From NCBI GenBank assembly GCA_000934665.2, contig JYFJ02001900.1, positions 46,747 through 66,746 on the forward strand: a stretch of DNA of 20,000 nt. The letters run 5' to 3'. This DNA is from Catajapyx aquilonaris (Eukaryota). The translations under genes were made by a program, and so were the position numbers. Below the pieces are notes generated by a model, which was given only the letters and a program-made list of their open reading frames with translations, made no database searches and was not told the origin of the DNA. Positions 1 through 20,000 of the stretch are shown piece by piece. Each line of letters starts with the position of its first letter. Positions within the stretch are counted from its first letter, which is position 1.

Positions 1-275
1 AACGGGTTCCCGATAAGAACTCGGCGAAATATAAATCGGCGGATGACGGTTAGACGACTATACCATTGGCCGGAAATTAAATTCGGCGAAGGCACTTCTG
101 ATGGCAACAAAAACATTTGCTGATAACTGTTATCGTGTTGCATCGTGTAGTCAGCCTCATTTCCCGCAGCCCAATGAGAAAAGGTCGACTCGAATCATGC
201 TCGCGTTATCACATTTTATGAGATGGTACATTGCTCCCTGTAATGAAATCAATAACCTCAATGACTAGAGCAATG

Positions 276-536
276 CTGGAGCCTCATGTAAAAACCATGT
301 ATTATTTGACCATTTTGAAACTTTGAACCTCAAAGTTCGTGATCGGCCAATGATCTCAGTTGCATAAATCATACTTGAAAAACATGCATAACTTGGCACG
401 AAAACAAGTTAGAGAGACGACCGTGGTGTGTGCCAGTGGATAGAGCTTGACAGGAGCTTGAAATGGCCAGTCCATTTGTGGTCTACAAGTAAAAACCCAG
501 TATCTTGAGTTACATGATTTTTACATGAGGCTCCAG
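276..536. mobile_element. MITE with 26-bp TIRs and apparent 4-bp TSD, superfamily unassigned
   Basis: Left CTGGAGCCTCATGTAAAAACCATGTA matches the reverse complement of the right end with 1 mismatch. AATG flanks both sides (272-275, 537-540). Confidence 0.8.
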
Positions 537-845
537 AATGATGAAGCGAAGACCTCCGGTTTCATTTTGGTAGTCTGAAGAAAATTACCACTTTCCCCCG
601 ACTTACACCTCCTGACTTTGATGACGGTCATCATGTAAACATCCATTGCTTATCTCGGCGTAAAAATAAGGCTAACGCCCCAATCATATGACCCATGACA
701 CATCCAGCCAACCACGCCAATACTCGTGTGAGCAAGGGAAGTTCAAAGAGCATGAAATTTCCTAACCATAGCGCACGTGATCTATGTTCTTAAGGAGGCA
801 TCGCCCTCTGCCCAGAAAGGTTATATCTGCGGTCACCAATGTCAC

Positions 846-891
846 TATTTAAGTCGTACGCCCTTCAGGATTGAGGAGAAAGGAGTCAGTC
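846..891 (+). promoter_or_regulatory. Possible core promoter of FREP copy 1 (TATA-like TATTTAA, Inr-like TCAGTC)
   Basis: TATTTAA at 846-852 and TCAGTC at 886-891 (matches arthropod Inr TCAKTY), both also present in copy 2. The spacing of about 42 nt is longer than canonical. Confidence 0.3.
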
Positions 892-920
892 TGATTGAGT
901 CAAGTGCAGCATCCCCCGAG

Positions 921-8486
<7,566 letters not shown>

Positions 8487-9017
8487 AAAAAAAGACCAAG
8501 GAATGACTCTTCTTTGCACATGATGTGCCACCCTTCCACACCCACCACCCTTATTATTGCCTGCACCACTGTTATATCGGGTACCCTGGTGAGTCTCTCA
8601 CGGAACATCAATTTGTAATGACCTTCTAATGCTCTTGCGATGCTTTTTTTGTTGCTAAAAAGCATTATAAGAGCATGTGTCCTGATCACTCTAATAGTAA
8701 GTAAGTAATATTATCCCACATTACATACGAACTATGATGGTTATCACTATATTCTTAGATTTGTCTTCTGTGCTGGGACAGGCACAAAAACAGGGCAATT
8801 AATCTTGAATTATTTTCAATTGTGGGCGCAAATATGATGTCGAGTGTTCTTGGAGTCTACCAACTGTGAATTTAGATACATTTCAAGACTCTGAACAGTG
8901 TAGGACTATAGGTTATTATTGCACCGCATGTGGAAACATCAAAACATGTAACAATTTCAATATATTCATTATGAAAACAGGTTTCGTCATTACCTTTTCG
9001 GTATATGTACTCTTGGC

Positions 9018-9023
9018 AATAAA
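9018..9023 (+). terminator. Candidate polyadenylation signal, copy 1
   Basis: AATAAA about 530 nt after the stop codon, conserved in copy 2 (18064-18069). Confidence 0.5.
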
Positions 9024-9175
9024 GTTAATTCTCTCAACATAGGATTTTAGACCAATGAAGACCTACATAATTATGTCCCTCCTGTAACAGTGTAAATGAC
9101 CTCACAGTTTGTTTTATCTCTTTTTATTATTTTCCTGGACCTTGAATAATATATGACACCCATAAAAAGCAAAAG

Positions 9176-9470
9176 CATTTTCTACGAGCGAGCATCATAC
9201 CAGGCTGGTCAGGTGTGGGGCAGGTCTCTTCATCTTTCATGGAGATCCTCCTCCGGATCCCTCGTCATCGGGGTGGACCTTACAATCAAGTGGATGGGAG
9301 CCCATATGGACCACCCTCCCAAGCATTTGGGAGTCATGCAGAGCCCTATAGATATGTGCAAATGCAGGATAGCCTGCCAAACCCTTCGGTGCCCCTGCCA
9401 TGCAGCTCAGCTGCTTTGCACACCTGGCTGCAAGAACTGCAACCTTGGGCGAATGTTCAAACAAAAGGTA
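9176..9470 (+). pseudogene. Academ-type transposase C-terminal relic with Cys-rich CXC zinc finger
   Basis: Frameshifted translation RASYQAGQVWGRSL / PPDPSSSGWTLQSSGWEPIWTTLPSIWESCRAL / CKCRIACQTLRCPCHAAQLLCTPGCKNC matches the RAxYQ..W, P.P...GW, P.WTTLP, CxC..C...CxC....L.CT..C..C pattern that I recognise from Academ (XPG plus Cys8) proteins. Confidence 0.7.
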
Positions 9471-9622
9471 GGAACGTACGTTTATCTATTGACACATGGC
9501 AATAAAAACTGCGGATTAAATAATGATTCATTGTTCCAGGACTCATGAAAAGGAAAATCAAGCCTTCTCTAGGGGACACATGAATATAAAGCCTCGGGTG
9601 GGTGGGTGTGGGTGTTTGTGTT

Positions 9623-9894
9623 ATAATAATAATGGATAATGGATACCCCGTGATAGGCCTGGGGCCTCTTAGGGGATCATCTTTTGAAAACCCGACTTTA
9701 ATCATTTGCCTGAAATGTGATGGATTTTGATAGTGGGAGGAAACGGGAGAACCCCGAGAAAACCCACGCAAACACGGAGAGAACCCATCGAAACTCTATC
9801 CACATAAGTATCCTATGCGCGATCCGGGGATCGAACTCGGGATCTTAGAGGTGGAAGGCTGTGGCGCTAACCACTCCGCCACCGTGTCGCCCTA
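9623..9894 (-). mobile_element. tRNA-derived SINE with V-domain-like core
   Basis: Minus strand: A box TGGCGGAGTGG, B box GAGTTCGATCC, core GTGTTTGCGTGGGTTTTCTCGGGGTTCTCCCGTTTCCTCCCAC, (ATT)n tail. 12-bp TSD GGTGTTTGTGTT (9611-9622, 9895-9906). Confidence 0.88.
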
Positions 9895-9948
9895 GGTGTT
9901 TGTGTTTATTATAAGGCGAATTAAATTAAATTTAAGGAGATACCTATA

Positions 9949-10000
9949 CCGTAAAACGGGGTGAAGTTGGCCGCCCGGGTGAACTTGGCCACAATTCCAA
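9949..10000. mobile_element. Single end of a Tc1/mariner-superfamily-like element
   Basis: TA|CCGTAAAACGGGGTGAAGTTGGCC with an internal direct repeat GGGTGAACTTGGCC. No partner end found. Confidence 0.4.
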
Positions 10001-10759
10001 AAATGTCTTCTATGAAATGAGGCTTTCAATGACGTCATTACATTACAGCAGCGCTTAGCATGCTGTCGACCAAAAAAATTCACCTGTGCCGACATAGGTG
10101 AGCAAGGAAATAAAATATGTTAAAAGACACCCCATGAAACCAACCACTTTTCATAGTGTGCAAACTTTATTTTGCAAATGAAGAAATTGCGAAGCAAGCG
10201 TCTTGTCCATTTTTAAGAGATGAAGGTGAACCTTTCCAGTGGCTTTTTTTCTAAAAACGTGAGACGTGCTGAGCTCTGCATACATAATTTGGGAAGAATG
10301 TCTTCGTGTCTTCGAGTGACATTGTCAACTGTATGACAACAGCATCCTGACAACGGAGGATGAATATGGCGGCAATGCAGATGAGATGATGAAGCAGGTG
10401 TTGCAGGATACACAAAGTAAATCTTCAGTTCAGATGAATACACTATATAAAATCTGGTTAGGACGATAACAAACCATCTTCTCATCAGGATGCCCTTTGA
10501 GTGCATTAAAAAAATTCCAGCTTATGCTTTGGCATCCCTCTCTTTATTTTGCTGCCCAAAATAAAACCCAAATTTCTCTGTTAGAGAGTCACTTGTTACA
10601 CATTTATAAGCCAAAAAGTAGTCCTGTTTCAGAAATTTTATGTATATAGCTGTGCTGTACTATACTGAAAATAAGAGAATGTGCATTGAAAGTTGGACGA
10701 TTATAGTACAGTACTTACTCGTGCATTCCTGTGATGCACTCCGAAACCCGAGAAATTGA

Positions 10760-10845
10760 AATCCTAATATGTTGGACACCTCCCTATGTTGGACAATAAT
10801 TTCTTTAGAACTGTCAGTGTCCAACATAGACAGGTTTTACTATAT
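10760..10845. mobile_element. Short pogo/Tigger-like MITE remnant
   Basis: TATGTTGGACA occurs twice and is inverted as TGTCCAACATA, ending in CAGGTTTTACTATA. Confidence 0.4.
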
Positions 10846-11535
10846 GTGTACGATATGCTTGTTGGACATGAGGAGATGATATGGTATGAATCGTACTACC
10901 CCTGTTATGATTTGGGACAAAAACACAGATCATCATCGGGTCAGGGTTTTCCGGTTTCATTTTGGTAGTCTGAAGAAAACTACCACTTTCCTCCGACTTA
11001 CACCTCCTGACTTTGATGAAGGTCATCATGTTCACATCCATTGCTTATCTCGGCGTAAAAATAAAGCGAACGCTCTATGACCCATGATACATACATCCAG
11101 CCAACCACGCCCATATACTCTTGTGAGCAAGGGAAGTTCAAAGAGCATGAAATTTCCTAGCCAGAGCACACGTGATCGGCATTCTGCTTTAGATGAAGGG
11201 AAAAATGCCCGCCTTTTGTCCTTCTGCACACTGACAGAGAGTCAGGACATGAATGTTGCACCCTCTCAGGAAATCATTCTCTGGTGACATGGAGTTACAA
11301 CTGGAATTATTACAATTCGAGCTCATTATTTTTCTCTCTCTTCCTTCCTTGTAATATTCTGAGAAAATTTGTGGGGCGGGATCAAGCCACGAACATCTCT
11401 GTTGATAAGGAGGCCTCGCCCTCTGCCCATAAAGGTTATATCTGAGGTCACCAATGTCACTATTTAAGCAGTACGCCCTTCAGGATTGAGGAGAAAGGAG
11501 TCAGTCTGATTAAGTCAAGTGCAGCATCCTCCGAG

Positions 11536-17562
<6,027 letters not shown>

Positions 17563-18063
17563 AAAAAAAGACCAAGGAATGACTCTTCTTTGCACATGAT
17601 ATGCCACCCTTCCACACCCACCACCCTTATTATTGCCTGCACCACTGTTATATCGGGTACCCTGGTGAGTCTCTCATGGAACATCAATTTTTAATGATCT
17701 TCTAATGCTCTTGTGATGCTTTTTTGTTGCTAAAAAGCATCACAAGAGCATTAGAAGAGCATGTGTCCTGATCACTCTTATATTATCCCACATTACATAC
17801 TATACGATGGTTATCACTATATTCTTAGATTTGTCTTCTGTGCTGGGACAGGAACAGGGCTGTTAATTGACGCAAAATAATGTGACGCTGAGTGTTCTTA
17901 GGAGTCTACCGACTGTGACCTTACATACATTTCAAGACTATTTGAACATTGTAGGTTATTATTGCATCGTATGTGGAAACATCACAACATGTAACAATTA
18001 TTTCAATATATTCATTATGAAACAGGTTTTGTCGATCCTTTTTGGTGCGTGTATGTACTTGGC

Positions 18064-18069
18064 AATAAA
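18064..18069 (+). terminator. Candidate polyadenylation signal, copy 2
   Basis: AATAAA at the position homologous to 9018-9023. Confidence 0.5.
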
Positions 18070-18544
18070 TTAATTCTCTCATCATCGGACGAGATCTGCA
18101 TAATTATGTGAAACAATGCCCTGCCTGTAACAGTGTAAATGACCTCACAATTTGTTCATCTATTTTATTTCCTGAGCCTTGAATATAATGATGACACCCA
18201 TTAAAAGAAACCAGGGCATATTATTTGTGTGGTCTGGTTTGACTTGGATCAAGTTGGGAGAAGGTGAACAGGACTACGCGGGATTCGTCAAAATGGTCAA
18301 GTGCTTCGGGAAAATATTCAATCAGGTTGGTATCGTACAATCGACTCGTATCGTACACCTTCACGCGCACTTGTTCTCTTTCAGAGATGCCTGGAGTGGC
18401 GGAAAAGACAATTGAATAGCCCTTGAAGCAGCTCGGCTCACGTCAGTAAGCAGTAGAATTTATTAAATAGAGACTTTCCAGTCACACACTCAAAACGATC
18501 AATTGGAATTTAATGGGCATTATTCATTGTTGACGACAATTAAC

Positions 18545-18561
18545 AGAGAGAGAGAGAGAGA
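18545..18561. repeat. (AG)8 microsatellite
   Basis: Directly visible. Confidence 0.85.
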
Positions 18562-19289
18562 AACTCAGTCTCACTGAAACGAAATGCAAAGAACTCTGCC
18601 ACTGACTTTGATTTGGGAGGCAACTCAAATGTTGAATCGAGTGTGGCTTCAGTGTTTTCGCAAGGTGGTGCACGGCCCAGGGAGAAAAGGTTATGGATTG
18701 TTTTCTCCAACTACAATTTTAAATAATCTCGACTATGAGTTAATGTCACTTCAGGAACAATCCATAACGCTTCTCCCGACTGAGGATTTGGGCAATGCAT
18801 TCCCACGAGTACAGAGAGCCTATGTCTGAAATAAAACAAGTCTCGACAATAACAAGAACACACGCTAATAGGCAAAATCTGACGTCTTTCACTTCAGAGT
18901 CGATCCTACGTGCGCAAGATTTAAGCCATGAAGCGTAATAAGGCCTCAGTTAAACATCTTTCTATGGCAGTGTTACAATCATACATCACCAAATTCTTTC
19001 AAATAAAATAAATTAGCCGCCCATGATAAAATTCACCGGCAAAAGCTGACCAGCAAGTCAGTGTCCACTCTTCTACATTAAATCAGACGACTGTCATTGT
19101 TAAAGCTGCTTACGTCCTATGGAATGTGTTTGACAATAACTGGAACAGGTTATATCACAGTTTCCGCTGCCCAGTTTCGCTCAACATCAAGGTTTCGGCA
19201 TTGGTGAAAAGAAGGATGTGATTTGAGTCTGAGTAGTCGCTTCCTCTGAGACACTAGTGTTTCCAGCCTTACTTCCAGCGCTGTTTGGG

Positions 19290-19723
19290 CTTACTTTGCC
19301 TGTTGTCCTGCTCCACGTCTGCAACCCTGCACACTACACCCCGACCACGCGCAGACGCGGCCATCAACTGCAGCAGACACTTGAGACGTGGATGGCCGTG
19401 AAACACACCACTACACCAATTCCCTGTCCACACCCGAGCGCTGCCCCTGGGACAACAAGGGGGCAAACCCGACGTAAGCTTTCCCCAACACTCGCCAAAC
19501 GTTCCTCGGGCTGTATTGCAGCAAGGGACGGCTGAAATAGAGTGAGTCTATTCTATGGCCACCACACTGGTGATCCGTTGTCCGTCTTGGTCCACCGCAG
19601 TTTCCTCTTTGAAGGTCCCATTCCACTCGAAGGTCACACCGTACCTGCGATGCCTGCTGCCGTGGATCATGACCCACTCGGTGTCCTCCATCGACTCACA
19701 GGTAAGCATCGAAGGCACTTGTT
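19290..19723 (-). pseudogene. PARG: Poly(ADP-ribose) glycohydrolase catalytic-domain fragment with two frameshifts
   Basis: Joining three minus-strand frames gives SMLTCESMEDTEWVMIHG..YGVTFEWNG..RITSVVAIDSLYF..QYSPRNVWRVLGKAYVGF..VWTGNWCSGVFHGHPRLKCLLQLMAASARGR. This matches PARG motifs VAIDA, RELNKAYxGF, TGNWGCGAFGG and LKxLxQLMAA. Confidence 0.82.
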
Positions 19724-19885
19724 CAGGGGTGGCAGAGGGGGCGCGGGGCGAATCCAAAAATTATGTGATTGGAAACAGGACAAAAGTCGCACTGATTAGG
19801 TAAGAACTACTTCTCAGCAGGGCTTACTGTAGCGTGCAGTTCTACACAATTCGTGCAGTTCTATAAGCCAAATGTGCAGTTCTGA
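19724..19885. mobile_element. Probable hAT-like terminal fragment
   Basis: Starts CAGGGGTGGCAGAGGGGGCG and has three GTGCAGTTCT repeats at about 19834-19883. No partner end in the window. Confidence 0.35.
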
Positions 19886-19892
19886 ATAAGGA

Positions 19893-20000
19893 TTTTTTTA
19901 TTATTTTTTTATTTAGTGTACCCTGCGAGGCCGTTGGCCTATGTGAGGGGAGACAACAGCAATTTAAATAAACTACACTGATACATCAATTATACAGTAT
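19893..20000 (-). mobile_element. 3' end of a LINE or SINE (stem-loop plus A-rich tail)
   Basis: Minus strand reads CCCCTCACATAGGCCAACGGCCTCGCAGGGTACACTAAATAAAAAAAATAATAAAA. Confidence 0.55.

Noticed and set aside
1..110. Repeated TCGGCG(A/G)A motifs suggesting a transposon subterminal region
   Set aside because: Truncated by the window edge with no TIR pair or TSD to support a call.
777..920. Upstream extension of ORF 777-1271 as the true N-terminus
   Set aside because: It starts at a GTG, is interrupted by a TGA in copy 2, and the signal peptide begins at ATG 921.

Overview
Eukaryotic, AT-rich genomic DNA with GT-AG introns, probably from an arthropod (inferred from the SINE types and the gene family). 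The window is dominated by a tandem duplication (about 555-9170 and about 10950-18207). Each copy carries an intact 6-exon gene on the + strand for a secreted fibrinogen-related lectin (FREP / techylectin-5 / ficolin-like; 363 aa and 353 aa) with a signal peptide, coiled coil, Pro/Ser/Thr stalk and C-terminal FBG domain. The most striking signal is in the last exon. The paralogs are almost identical at nucleotide level in the framework (about 3 synonymous differences over about 117 shared codons, manual count), yet differ at about 32 alignment columns, often by 2-3 nt per codon. These changes fall in short blocks that map onto the ligand-binding P subdomain, a CDR-like framework/hypervariable layout. 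Introns and intergenic DNA hold many TE insertions whose boundaries can be read by comparing the two copies: three tRNA-derived SINEs with TSDs, piggyBac-like, Kolobok-like and hAT non-autonomous elements, and Charlie-type, other hAT and Academ-type transposase relics. A frameshifted PARG (poly(ADP-ribose) glycohydrolase) fragment lies near the right end. All alignments and counts were done by eye.
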